DNA from: a bacterium
GTDB taxonomy: Bacteria; UBA10199; 2-02-FULL-50-16; JAJFLM01
Reading direction: 5' to 3'
NCBI GenBank assembly: GCA_965216315.1
Contig: CBDCFN010000015.1
Span: 423,801 to 487,800 of the forward strand
DNA: 64,000 nt
The position numbers and the translations under genes were made by a program. The notes under the pieces are model-generated. The model had not been told where the DNA came from. It did no database searches and saw nothing but the letters and a program-made list of their open reading frames with translations. This document shows positions 28,121 through 37,468 of this stretch, piece after piece; position 1 is the stretch's first letter; every line of letters starts with the position of its first letter.

Positions 28121-28963
28121 ATGAGAGAGGCACACGAAAGAGAACTGAGGCCTTATGGCCATCATTTGGCGGATGGATTGGTGCAGTTATGCTTTACTCT
28201 CCCCGTGAAGTGCAATGCGGAGGCGCAACAGGCAGCCGTGGCCTACGCGCAAAAACTCGGAATTGTCGATAGCCGTGTGACCTGGATGGAGGCGATGGGC
28301 GAGGATTTCACGTATTTTATTCTTTATGGCAAGGCACAGCCGGTATTGAATCGCGCTGAACTAAAAGGTTTAGTTGGGGATTTGCCGCGAGTCGCTGAAA
28401 AACCGTGCGATGTCGACAAGGAGTTTCGCCAGCGCCTGGGAAGGCGTGCCGTCATTTTAACGTGCACGGATGGCATGGGAAGCGGCGAGATTGATTTTGA
28501 GGCGATGACGAGCCTCAAAGGGATTTCGGGCGAGATTGGCTTGGAGGGATATTCTACCTTCAGTGTGAAACGCTTTCGTGGTCCCGACAGTGTAGACGCG
28601 ATTGTTGACGCTGCCCAAAAATCGAAGGCGGACGCCTTGCTCGTGTGCGAACCAACACGTGGCTGGGGAAAGGGTGAAAAGGCCCTCAAGGATCTAGCCA
28701 AGAAAATATCAAAAAATAAGGACTTACCGGCATGGTTTGTCCTCGCGTGCTGGCGACGCGATCCCGCGCATGCGGGAGAAGGAGTTGCGGGTTACCAGTT
28801 GTCTTTTGGTCGCGGTATTCAGCCAAGTCGGGTTGCCGATCAGCTGGTTTCGGCTCTGGATAAAGGTGGCCTCGGGACTGGTGGCGGATCAAGTAGGAAT
28901 GAGCCACAAGAATCGTCTGGCAAGAAACGTCGTCTTTGGGGAATTCTTGGGCGGAATAAATAA
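28121..28963 (+). CDS. Degenerate lysine 5,6-aminomutase beta-subunit-like protein
   Basis: RPYG....DGLVQLCFTLPV, FTYFILYG (OAM/LAM dimerisation domain); SLKG..GE.GLEGY; no DxHxxG motif. Confidence 0.75.
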   Translation: MREAHERELRPYGHHLADGLVQLCFTLPVKCNAEAQQAAVAYAQKLGIVDSRVTWMEAMGEDFTYFILYGKAQPVLNRAELKGLVGDLPRVAEKPCDVDKEFRQRLGRRAVILTCTDGMGSGEIDFEAMTSLKGISGEIGLEGYSTFSVKRFRGPDSVDAIVDAAQKSKADALLVCEPTRGWGKGEKALKDLAKKISKNKDLPAWFVLACWRRDPAHAGEGVAGYQLSFGRGIQPSRVADQLVSALDKGGLGTGGGSSRNEPQESSGKKRRLWGILGRNK

Positions 28964-28971
28964 GGGACTTC

Positions 28972-29898
28972 ATGTCCGGTATTGGAGTCGTCCTCAATCC
29001 GCATTCAAAGCGTTATCGCAAGGCACCTGATCGCCTCGATCAGATGGCCTTTATTGTCGGTGAACGAGGACATTGTAAGGCGACGCAAGATCTTAAAGAT
29101 CTGGAAGCCGTTGCCCTCCAGTTTCGCGCCAAACAGATCGATATTCTTGCCCTCTCCGGTGGCGACGGAACCATTCATAATACATTGACGACTTTCATCA
29201 AAGTGTACGGTGATGAGCCGTTGCCCCGTATTTCTTTTTTGAGGGGAGGGACACTGAATACCATTGCGGCGTCATGCGGAATTTTTGGGAGTCCTGAGAA
29301 ATTGCTGATGAATTTGATTTACCATTATCATCAGGGGACGCCGTTTAAAGAAACGACGATTCGTTTAATGAAGGTCAATGACAGTTACGGCGTCATCTGG
29401 GGTTGCGGGGTGATCTTTCGGTTTATGGATGCTTATTATCAGAAAGGGGTCGGATCACCGAGTCATGCGGCTTGGACTTTAGCACGCTCCATCGGCTCCG
29501 CGCTGTTTAATATGCGGTTTGCGCGTGATATGTTCCGACGCTTTGACGGAGAAGTAACCATCGAAGGGAAGCCTTGGCCGTATAAGAATTATAGTGCGAT
29601 CTACGCGGGTTCGATTCGGCAACTGGGCCTGAATTTCAATGTATTTTACGGGATCGACGACGAGCATCCGTTTCATGGAATCGGCTTCTCGTTGCCGCCG
29701 CGCAATGTACTCCGCTATGTCCCCTACATGTTCAGGGGTAAATCGTCCGGTTGTCCCGATTTGCTCGAATCGGGTGCCACGCGCATGGTGGTTCGTCTCG
29801 GCGAGGCGCAGGCCTACACAATCGATGGCGACATGTACCCGCCTGCAGATTTTTTCGAAATCACGCCGGGGCCGAAACTTCAGGTGGTTATTCCGTGA
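28972..29898 (+). CDS. Diacylglycerol/sphingosine kinase-family protein
   Basis: VLNPHS, SGGDGT, RGGTLN.IA, YTIDGD. Confidence 0.85.
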   Translation: MSGIGVVLNPHSKRYRKAPDRLDQMAFIVGERGHCKATQDLKDLEAVALQFRAKQIDILALSGGDGTIHNTLTTFIKVYGDEPLPRISFLRGGTLNTIAASCGIFGSPEKLLMNLIYHYHQGTPFKETTIRLMKVNDSYGVIWGCGVIFRFMDAYYQKGVGSPSHAAWTLARSIGSALFNMRFARDMFRRFDGEVTIEGKPWPYKNYSAIYAGSIRQLGLNFNVFYGIDDEHPFHGIGFSLPPRNVLRYVPYMFRGKSSGCPDLLESGATRMVVRLGEAQAYTIDGDMYPPADFFEITPGPKLQVVIP

Positions 29899-29936
29899 GC
29901 TTCATGGCATTATGAGTCTCAAGAAGGAGACATACT

Positions 29937-30194
29937 TTGAAGATTTCTCAACGCCTGATTCAAGCCACGCTATTCACGCTTTTAATCATTCCGCTCGTTG
30001 GTGCCGATAGCTGCAGTAGTGCTGTCGAACGCGCCAACGATGACGAGGAAAAGACGGTCCCTTCGGCAGATGTTTCACCGGATACTATTGGTCATGCGGA
30101 TAAGATGCCTGTGTTGCCCGAAGGTGACGAGGGGGAAAAATTGCTGAAGAGCGGTGGTCCTGAGGTTATTTCGATTCCACCCTCAGGGGAGTAA
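29937..30194 (+). CDS. Small exported protein or lipoprotein
   Basis: AAGGAG RBS with TTG start; hydrophobic N-terminus followed by Cys. Confidence 0.55.
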   Translation: MKISQRLIQATLFTLLIIPLVGADSCSSAVERANDDEEKTVPSADVSPDTIGHADKMPVLPEGDEGEKLLKSGGPEVISIPPSGE

Positions 30195-30917
30195 GACCGC
30201 TGACGGAATGTCTTTTTCAGCCTGCTCATAGGCCGCCATTGTGCCTAGATCGCGCCAATACCCGTTATAGATAAATCCCTGTATTGCTTCGCCTGCTTCG
30301 ATAGCTGGGCGATAGGCCGCTTGAAAGATGCAAGAGAAGCCGTCCGGTAAACGTTCTAATAGTCTCGGATCGATAATGTGTAGCCCCGTGAACATCAGTG
30401 GATTTCCGTTTTTGCGGGCGTCGATCTCGGAGCTACTTGCTGTTGAGATGATGCGGGAGTTGTCATCGATGAAGAGGGCGGTCGGGCGTTCATCGGATCC
30501 GGATTGGATCGGATGAGGGCGCAAGACCATCGTTGCGAGCGCGCCGCTTTGCTGATGCGCTACCGTCACGGCACTCAGCTCGACTTCGCTCAAGATATCC
30601 GAATTGATCACCCAGAAACTCTCATTACCGACATGTTCTGCCATCTGCTTGATGCCACCGCCTGTGCCGAGGATTTCACGTTCTTCGGAATAGGTAATGG
30701 TGACGTCGAAGCGACTTCCATCGCCAAGTGTCTCTCGAATCTGATTGCCTAAATGATGTAGATTGATGATGAGATCCGTCAAGCCGTGTTTCTTGCAGAG
30801 GGCAATGGCATATTCAATCAACGGGTGGTCATTGAGGGGAATGAGGGCCTTAGGGATCGTATTAGTGAGTGGGCGCAGTCTAGTGCCTAGGCCCGCAGCG
30901 AGTATCATCGCTTTCAT
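30183..30917 (-). CDS. murU: NDP-sugar nucleotidyltransferase (MurU-like)
   Basis: MKAMILAAGLGTRLRPLT..PKAL, LGTGGG, WRDLGT; coupled to amgK. Confidence 0.8.
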   Translation of the reverse strand: MKAMILAAGLGTRLRPLTNTIPKALIPLNDHPLIEYAIALCKKHGLTDLIINLHHLGNQIRETLGDGSRFDVTITYSEEREILGTGGGIKQMAEHVGNESFWVINSDILSEVELSAVTVAHQQSGALATMVLRPHPIQSGSDERPTALFIDDNSRIISTASSSEIDARKNGNPLMFTGLHIIDPRLLERLPDGFSCIFQAAYRPAIEAGEAIQGFIYNGYWRDLGTMAAYEQAEKDIPSAVLLP

Positions 30918-31957
30918 GACTGCCACTCCGGTACATATTTCTTGAGCCGTTCATAAAACTCCTTTAGCTCCGTCTGCCGGAGCAGTGCTTCTTTAACATA
31001 ACCTAAAGTATCCCCGATATAGGGCATAAAATTGGGATTTCCTTTCTCCTGCGCAATAAAGACAAAGCGTCCCGCATCCTTGAGCTTGCGCTGAATCGTC
31101 ATCCAGTCGAACATGTGCGAAAATTGCTGACGGTCATATTGCTGGCCGTAGCGATCAGCCTGGAGATGGAGGAACTCATCAATCAATGATTCACGCAGCC
31201 GTCGATCGAGGACAATATAAGAATCGCGTAACAACGCAACAAGATCGTAGGTCACGGGACCGATCAAGGCATCTTGAAAATCGATCAACCAAAGCCTGTC
31301 ACTATGGATCATGAGATTGCGACTCTGATAGTCGCGATGCACGAAGACCTGCGGTTGTTGCAACACGGAGTCGACAATTTTAGCGGCGCTCGCGTCAAAG
31401 AAGGTTTTATCGTCAGTGTCGATCACCGTGTTCAGCCGTCTTTCAATTCCATATTCAAAAAAGTGATCCAGTTCCCATCTTAATAGTTTGTCATTAAAGT
31501 GGCGCTGGAAAGCGACGCAGTCACCAGGGTTATCGGTTTTGTTTTGGAGATCTACAAGCAGTGCGACAGCTTGTTTATAGAGCGAAACTTTTGCTTCAAG
31601 CGGCTTGCCCTTGATTTCATTCTCAAGCAAGCGGTCGCCTAAGTCTTGCAGTATGATAACCCCGTCGCGTTCCGAAGCCGCGACAATCGAGGCGACGGGA
31701 AAGTTCCTTGCCTGGAGGTAGCGCGTCACATTGAGGAATGGCAGCTCATCAATCGTAACATCACTATTACTGATTTCTTCACTAACACTCCATTTGCCTG
31801 CCGGTATGGCCATGACGACATAGCTGCGCCCGTCCGGTAAGCGGACTCGATGGTAGCTTCGGTACGATGCGTGGGCATGAAGCTCGACAAGTTCAAACTC
31901 ATTAGTGTCGAGCTTAAGATGAGCTTTTATTTTAGTTCTGAGTTGCGTGTCGTTCAT
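30914..31957 (-). CDS. amgK: Anomeric MurNAc/GlcNAc kinase (APH-like)
   Basis: HASYRSYHR, QDLGD, HRDYQSRNLM, IDFQDA..GP..YDLVALLRDSY, QRKLK. Confidence 0.82.
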   Translation of the reverse strand: MNDTQLRTKIKAHLKLDTNEFELVELHAHASYRSYHRVRLPDGRSYVVMAIPAGKWSVSEEISNSDVTIDELPFLNVTRYLQARNFPVASIVAASERDGVIILQDLGDRLLENEIKGKPLEAKVSLYKQAVALLVDLQNKTDNPGDCVAFQRHFNDKLLRWELDHFFEYGIERRLNTVIDTDDKTFFDASAAKIVDSVLQQPQVFVHRDYQSRNLMIHSDRLWLIDFQDALIGPVTYDLVALLRDSYIVLDRRLRESLIDEFLHLQADRYGQQYDRQQFSHMFDWMTIQRKLKDAGRFVFIAQEKGNPNFMPYIGDTLGYVKEALLRQTELKEFYERLKKYVPEWQS

Positions 31958-32322
31958 GGAGTTACAGTAAATATCATGTCTGCGTTGCTAGGTTCTTCGA
32001 GGACGGTTATGAGCAGGTTATGGCTCCCTGTCGCTGCATCGCTCGGGACGGTAAATGTTAATTCCTCCCTGCCGGGGACGATGTCATAACTTTCGGCAAG
32101 CACACTGGTGTCACCGAAGTGGATAATGTTTTCTTGCGGGACAATCGAATAACCCAGTCCGCTTACTGTTACGACCGTTCCTGTGCTGGCCGTATCCGGC
32201 TTAATTTCTAATACGAGCGGAAGCGAACCCGTTGGGACATTTGAGGAATCAACGGAAGTTTCCGTTCCACAACTGGCAAAAGACACCAGCAGGCTTAGGA
32301 GCAGGGCGAACGAACGTAACAT
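31954..32322 (-). CDS. IPT/TIG-domain lipoprotein
   Basis: Lipobox FAS-C; P...STGTVVTVSG.G and LTFTVP..A.TG Ig-like pattern. Confidence 0.7.
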   Translation of the reverse strand: MLRSFALLLSLLVSFASCGTETSVDSSNVPTGSLPLVLEIKPDTASTGTVVTVSGLGYSIVPQENIIHFGDTSVLAESYDIVPGREELTFTVPSDAATGSHNLLITVLEEPSNADMIFTVTP

Positions 32323-32359
32323 AGGGCTATGCTCTAACGCCTATAGGATTAATGTCAAT

Positions 32360-32953
32360 TCAATGATTCTCTTCATTGCCGCCGTGAGGGATGATGCCTT
32401 TCTTGTGGAGTAGACGGTGTGCCACTTGGTTGCCGGTTTCGAGCCAACTTTCATAAAGGCGGAGGAGATCCTGCTCGGAATGGATTTGGGTATGGGTGCT
32501 GACCTCGCTGAGTATCTGGACCCAATGTTTAAACTTGAGAGAGAGCTCCTGATAAAGGTCTTGCTCAGGTGGCCGGGTCACTAATGAGGAGATCGATCCA
32601 TAAGCGGTCCCGCCCATTTGGATGTAATAATCCAGGTCGACAAGTTTTCGGGTCAAGCTTTCCGGGAAGTAACCGGCAAAATAGAGGGCGATATCACCGA
32701 GACGGCGCAACAGGATGATGCGGGATTCGCGATCGGCTTCCATGGCGCGTTCCAACAACTTAAATAAGGCGTCTTCTTCAACGCGATTGTTGAGCTCCTG
32801 ATAGAGGCGTTCAGATTTGGCAAAACGAGAGAGGAGATGAACGAGATAGCACTCGGCCTCTGGCGTGGCATCGATGCACTGGTTTTCAATGGCATCGCGA
32901 ATTTGCCGATAAAAGAATTCTCGGACATCAGAGACTCGATTAATCGTATCCAT
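32360..32953 (-). CDS. Hypothetical protein
   Basis: 197-aa ORF with LRRLGD.ALY..GYF, DLDYYIQMG..AY and LLRLYE.WL.TG; function unknown. Confidence 0.7.
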   Translation of the reverse strand: MDTINRVSDVREFFYRQIRDAIENQCIDATPEAECYLVHLLSRFAKSERLYQELNNRVEEDALFKLLERAMEADRESRIILLRRLGDIALYFAGYFPESLTRKLVDLDYYIQMGGTAYGSISSLVTRPPEQDLYQELSLKFKHWVQILSEVSTHTQIHSEQDLLRLYESWLETGNQVAHRLLHKKGIIPHGGNEENH

Positions 32954-33087
32954 GAATCCTCGCTTTAGCTAATTCAGTATACCATTCTGCAATTTTGACC
33001 GGCAAAGACTTTATAGAGAGGGTCTGACGCATTGCGTTCCGAAAATTCTCGAAAGCAACTTTGGGCTAATTTCGACGATATAGCTAG

Positions 33088-33219
33088 CAACGGGGGGATT
33101 CCAGACGAGTTTAACAGAGTTTAGGATGGACAAGGGAAGAGGGGATTCAGTCCGTCCTATTTAATCCCCCATCTCCTCTTCCCACTTAAAACGCCGGTCC
33201 AAGGACCGGCGTTTTTTTT
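33088..33219 (+). ncRNA. Candidate structured small RNA
   Basis: sigma28-like motif at 33055-33081, nested complementary segments and an intrinsic terminator; no ORF. Confidence 0.5.
33188..33219. terminator. Intrinsic terminator (possibly bidirectional)
   Basis: AAAACGCCGGTCC-AA-GGACCGGCGTTTTTTTT. Confidence 0.8.
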
Positions 33220-33226
33220 GTAAATT

Positions 33227-33293
33227 AAATCCCTCCTAGCCTCCCTTTGCAAAGGGAGGGACTCAAATCTTGAGACCATTATCTCCCCCTTTC
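33227..33293. repeat. Double-hairpin element (family A, partial) overlapping the rlmE 3' end
   Basis: AAATCCCTCCTAGCCTCCCTTTGCAAAGGGAGGGACTCAA...TTATCTCCCCCTTT matches 16943-17007. Confidence 0.78.
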
Positions 33294-33910
33294 GCGCCTC
33301 TATATCTTAGCGCCACAAAATAGACCTCATTTGAAGTCTGGCGTGTGGCTTCCGGCGTGAATTCCTGGACCTGTGTGAAGGATTGTTTGAGCTCCTTCTT
33401 GATCACGGCGGCGTCTTCACTGGGGAAGACCTTGGCGACGAAGTGACCCCCGTTCTTGAGGAGCTGCCGGGCGATCACAAGGGCCTGGCGGACGAGCTCC
33501 GCGGAGCGGGCTTGGTCCTGGAACTTGATCCCCGTCGTGGCGGGGGCCATATCCGTAAGGACCACATCAGCTGCGGGGCAGCGGGCCTGAATGGCCGTAA
33601 TCGTGCTTTTTTCTAAGATATCGGCTTCGATAGCCTCAAAATTGGGTTTCTGGAGTCCCGTTATGGGCTGGAGATCAATGGCGAGGACAAAGCCCGCTTT
33701 GCCAACCTTATTAAGGGCGACCTGCGACCAGCCGCCGGGTGCGGCCCCGAGGTCAACCACCGTCTGCCCTGCTTTAAGGAGGTGGTACTTCGCGTCGATG
33801 CCTTGGAGCTTAAAGGCCGCCCGGGATTTAAAGCCGGCGGCCTTAGCGGCGTGATAGTAGCGATCTTTGGGTTCAAACTTGCCACTCGGACCTTTTTTTC
33901 GCGGGGGCAT
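33263..33910 (-). CDS. rlmE: 23S rRNA Um2552 methyltransferase
   Basis: SRAAFKL, DLGAAPGGWSQ, TDMAP.TTG, AKVF, P.ATR..S.EVY. Confidence 0.95.
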   Translation of the reverse strand: MPPRKKGPSGKFEPKDRYYHAAKAAGFKSRAAFKLQGIDAKYHLLKAGQTVVDLGAAPGGWSQVALNKVGKAGFVLAIDLQPITGLQKPNFEAIEADILEKSTITAIQARCPAADVVLTDMAPATTGIKFQDQARSAELVRQALVIARQLLKNGGHFVAKVFPSEDAAVIKKELKQSFTQVQEFTPEATRQTSNEVYFVALRYRGAKGGDNGLKI

Positions 33911-34294
33911 AGCTTCAACTAAGTAATATTGCTTGTAAAATCAAGCAGTTAAGCATATTCGAGATTTTTTCAATTTTTGCGAAAAAAGTACGCAACAATC
34001 TTAGGGCCCCACCGATAAGACTAATTGGAAGCTCTCGCTATTTTTAGTGGGGCGTGAGAGGGCAAATAGCCCTCTAAATGGGGAGCCCAGACCCCGAAAT
34101 TAGAGGGCGGGCCAACAGGAATCCGGCGGAATCAGACTCTGCCAGCCCTGAATGACCAAAAAGGAAGGTCAAAAAAATCCACTTAAATCAATTAATTAAA
34201 AGTTTTTTCAGGGAACACGAAACTCGAACTTCCCACTCTGCCGATAATTGGAACGGTAGTTGCATGTAATATTTGGCAGAGAAGGAGATAGAAA

Positions 34295-34642
34295 ATGTCA
34301 GCAGTAGGAAACAACGTAGTCGATATCAGAACTCACTACAACACGATCATAGATCGCGCGCTTCAGCAGGGCGATATTGATCAGAGTCAGGCCGCTGTAC
34401 TTCACAGCATGGTGGAGCGTGGTGATTACCAGCAGGCGGCCCAACGCCTCCGCGAACTAGCCCCTCAAGGGAGTTCAATTCTTACCGCACGTCGTTCCGA
34501 ATTCTTCGGTGGCGACCCACGGGTTAACGAAACGTTGTCGGCGCTTGAGTCGACCCCGATGGAAGAATTGGCGGCGACGCGGCACACCTTTGTGGCTGGA
34601 GCCGAAGTGTTCGCACGGAGCGGAGAAGGGAGCGTAGCCTAA
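34295..34642 (+). CDS. Hypothetical protein
   Basis: Strong AAGGAG RBS; stop overlaps the next start. Confidence 0.65.
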   Translation: MSAVGNNVVDIRTHYNTIIDRALQQGDIDQSQAAVLHSMVERGDYQQAAQRLRELAPQGSSILTARRSEFFGGDPRVNETLSALESTPMEELAATRHTFVAGAEVFARSGEGSVA

Positions 34643-34959
34643 TGACGACAGAAGAGATTATCAAAAAGTTTCCCCGGTTTGCTTTTTTAAAGAGCCCGCG
34701 TTTCCAGGCCCTGCCGCGTGAAAAGCAGGAGTTTTACCTGGAATGCGTCGAAGATGCCCTCTTTTGGGTGGATCTCGACAAAGCCGACCATCCGGATGAT
34801 GGCTTCAAGTTCCTTGCGGCGACGATCGGGATGGAACGGGCCCAGCAAGAGGCCAAGGACCGTGAATTGACCGGTAAGGAGCGCGAAGAATTCCTTCAGC
34901 CGCACCAGGACCTGTTCACGCAGTTCAACCCCTACTCGGGGCGCACGAACGATCGCTAA
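34642..34959 (+). CDS. Hypothetical protein
   Basis: TAATG coupling to the previous gene; followed by a terminator. Confidence 0.65.
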   Translation: MTTEEIIKKFPRFAFLKSPRFQALPREKQEFYLECVEDALFWVDLDKADHPDDGFKFLAATIGMERAQQEAKDRELTGKEREEFLQPHQDLFTQFNPYSGRTNDR

Positions 34960-34986
34960 GTCCATTTTTCTATCTCAACTTTTCCG

Positions 34987-35028
34987 AAGGCCCGGAACTC
35001 TCTTAGGGAGGTTCCGGGCTTTTGTTTT
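34987..35028 (+). terminator. Intrinsic terminator
   Basis: GCCCGGAACT...GGTTCCGGGC followed by TTTTGTTTTT. Confidence 0.75.
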
Positions 35029-35273
35029 TCCATGCTCCCCTTTGACAATGCCCCATCTGGTAAAGAGCCGAGGGATAAAATTAGCAACAATTAGCCGAAT
35101 CTGCCGAGAATAATAATAAGTAAGGATTTGATATCTTTACCGAAATTGCCCTTGGGGAATGGCAATTCTCAGCCGTGCCCGACAATGTTTATCCGGACAT
35201 GGCTGGTGGGATCTAGGAATGACATAGCCCAGAGGTTCTTTGAGGGAAGAACCTTCAATTGAGAGTAAAAATA

Positions 35274-35346
<73 letters not shown>

Positions 35347-35684
35347 CCGCTATCTTAAGCGGATGCGTACGGATATGACGCATGCTCTTGTCTGTCAATC
35401 AGAACCCACCAAATTTAGAAGCCGCGATTATCATTGCGGATTCGAGTTAGGACTAAAAAAGCTGCAGACAGTGCTTTGACTCAACGTGTTATCTGTGGTA
35501 TAAGCCCGCTTCGATTCTTGGGAACATTTTTGGGCAGTTCTTGGGGCGAGTGTTGAAGCGAGCCAGCTCAATCGAGCTGAAAAACATTAGAAATGGCGCC
35601 TTTAGCGGGACTAGGGGAAACCGGTCTAGGATAAGTTGCAACACGGTCTAGAGACTGGACGGGACGAGAGAATTTGAGGAGGGA

Positions 35685-36185
35685 ATGATGATAGAACAGG
35701 TATTCAAAGAAGGTGATAAGGCTGTTTATCCTGCCCATGGGGTCGGGGAAGTTCAGGCTATAGAGACTCGCAATATCGCGGGTAATGAGCATAAGTTCTA
35801 TATTCTGAAGATTCTCGACAACGGGATGACGGTCATGGTGCCGACGGCCAATGTGAAGTCGGTGGGCCTTCGTGAAATTATCGATGGCGATGAAGTCGAA
35901 CGCGTCTATGAAATCCTGCGGGAACGCGACATCACGGTCGACAATCAGACATGGAACCGCCGTTATCGGGAGTACATGGACAAGATTAAGACGGGTTCGG
36001 TCTATGAAATCGCCGAAGTCCTGCGCGACCTTTCCATGTTGAAGTATGTCAAAGAACTCTCTTTTGGTGAGCGGAAGATGTTGGATACGGCCAAGAACCT
36101 GCTCGTGAAAGAGCTGGCTATTGCGGAAGTGACGACCGAGGAAGACATCCTCCAGAAGATCCGTGATATCTTCAACAGCAACTAG
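35685..36185 (+). CDS. carD: CarD/CdnL-family RNA polymerase-binding regulator
   Basis: FKEGDKAVYPAHGVG, TWNRRYR, LSFGERKM; upstream of ispD-ispF. Confidence 0.92.
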   Translation: MMIEQVFKEGDKAVYPAHGVGEVQAIETRNIAGNEHKFYILKILDNGMTVMVPTANVKSVGLREIIDGDEVERVYEILRERDITVDNQTWNRRYREYMDKIKTGSVYEIAEVLRDLSMLKYVKELSFGERKMLDTAKNLLVKELAIAEVTTEEDILQKIRDIFNSN

Positions 36186-36205
36186 TCGAAAACAGATTCT
36201 GATTT

Positions 36206-36242
36206 CAAGCCCCTTCCTGGCAACGGGAAGGGGCTTTTTTTA
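36206..36242 (+). terminator. Intrinsic terminator
   Basis: AAGCCCCTTCC...GGAAGGGGCTT followed by a T-run. Confidence 0.8.
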
Positions 36243-36296
36243 TGCAATCTTACCACCTCTTGCGTCCGCTGCCCCGTTCGACTAGGTTGTTTCTCA

Positions 36297-36992
36297 ATGG
36301 ACTATAAGACCATTGCTATCATCGTTGCCGGCGGTTCGGGTAAACGCTTTGGGGCCGAGCAGCCCAAGCAATTTCTTCCCATCCAAGGCGATCCCATGTT
36401 GCTTTGGACCTTGCGGGTGTTTCAGGAAAGCGCCGGCATCGATGCCGTTTGCTGTGCGGTTCCGGCCGAACACGTCAAAGTGCTGGAGCAGTGGAAGGCC
36501 GACAAGGGGCTGTCGAAGCTCCAGTGGATTATTGCCGGGGGGCAAGAGCGACAAGATTCAATGATCAAGGGATTCAAGGCGATCCCCAGCTGTGAAATCG
36601 TGCTGGTCCACGATGGGGCGCGCCCCTTGGTGACGGCGGAGGTGATTGATCGTGTTATCGCCGGCGCCGTGGAGAAAGGGGGCGCGGTGCCCGGACTCAA
36701 GGTTCAAGAGACTTTAAAAAAGGTGGCTTCCGGAGGCTATGTGTTGACGACGGTCGATCGCAGCGAATACGCGACCATACAGACACCCCAGGGGTTTCGT
36801 TACACGATCCTCGCCGAGGCCATTCAGGAGGCGCAGGCCGATTCTTTTTACGGGACGGATGAGGCGATGTTGATCGAACGGATGGGTTTTCCCGTCTGTA
36901 TGGTTGATGGCAGCCGGGAAAATATCAAGGTGACAACCCCTCAAGATATGAAGTTGGCGGAGACGATTATCCAGCGCCGGAGTGGCGGCTAA
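36297..36992 (+). CDS. ispD: MEP cytidylyltransferase
   Basis: [42 protein letters not shown]. Confidence 0.95.
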   Translation: MDYKTIAIIVAGGSGKRFGAEQPKQFLPIQGDPMLLWTLRVFQESAGIDAVCCAVPAEHVKVLEQWKADKGLSKLQWIIAGGQERQDSMIKGFKAIPSCEIVLVHDGARPLVTAEVIDRVIAGAVEKGGAVPGLKVQETLKKVASGGYVLTTVDRSEYATIQTPQGFRYTILAEAIQEAQADSFYGTDEAMLIERMGFPVCMVDGSRENIKVTTPQDMKLAETIIQRRSGG

Positions 36993-36993
36993 G

Positions 36994-37461
36994 ATGCGTA
37001 TCGGTCAGGGATATGATGTGCATCGCTTTGAAGCGGGGCGCAAGTTGATCATCGGGGGCGTGGAGATTCCCTTTGAGAAGGGTTTGGCCGGTCATTCGGA
37101 TGCGGATGTCCTCTGTCATGCGATCGCCGATGCCCTGCTGGGGGCGGCGGGCTTAGGAGATATCGGTCAGCATTTTCCCGACAGCGACCCCCAATTCAAA
37201 GGTCACGATTCGCTCGAATTTCTCGCGATTATCCGGACCAAGTTGCAAGCGGCAGGCTATACCGTAGGAAATATTGATGCGACGATCATTTGCCAGCGTC
37301 CCCGCCTAGCGACCCATATGCCGGCGATGTACGAAAAGATCAGTCAGGCCCTCCAGATCGGTCCTGACCGGCTCAATATCAAGGCCACGACAGAGGAAGG
37401 CTTGGGGTTTACCGGCCGTGAAGAAGGGATTGCAGCTTCGGCTATTGCCTTGTTAGAATGA
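36994..37461 (+). CDS. ispF: MECDP synthase
   Basis: [38 protein letters not shown]. Confidence 0.96.
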   Translation: MRIGQGYDVHRFEAGRKLIIGGVEIPFEKGLAGHSDADVLCHAIADALLGAAGLGDIGQHFPDSDPQFKGHDSLEFLAIIRTKLQAAGYTVGNIDATIICQRPRLATHMPAMYEKISQALQIGPDRLNIKATTEEGLGFTGREEGIAASAIALLE

Positions 37462-37468
37462 CGCCTTC

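Noticed and set aside
33950..35273. Integrative island at tRNA-Phe
   Set aside because: No integrase and no duplicated tRNA 3' end seen in the window.
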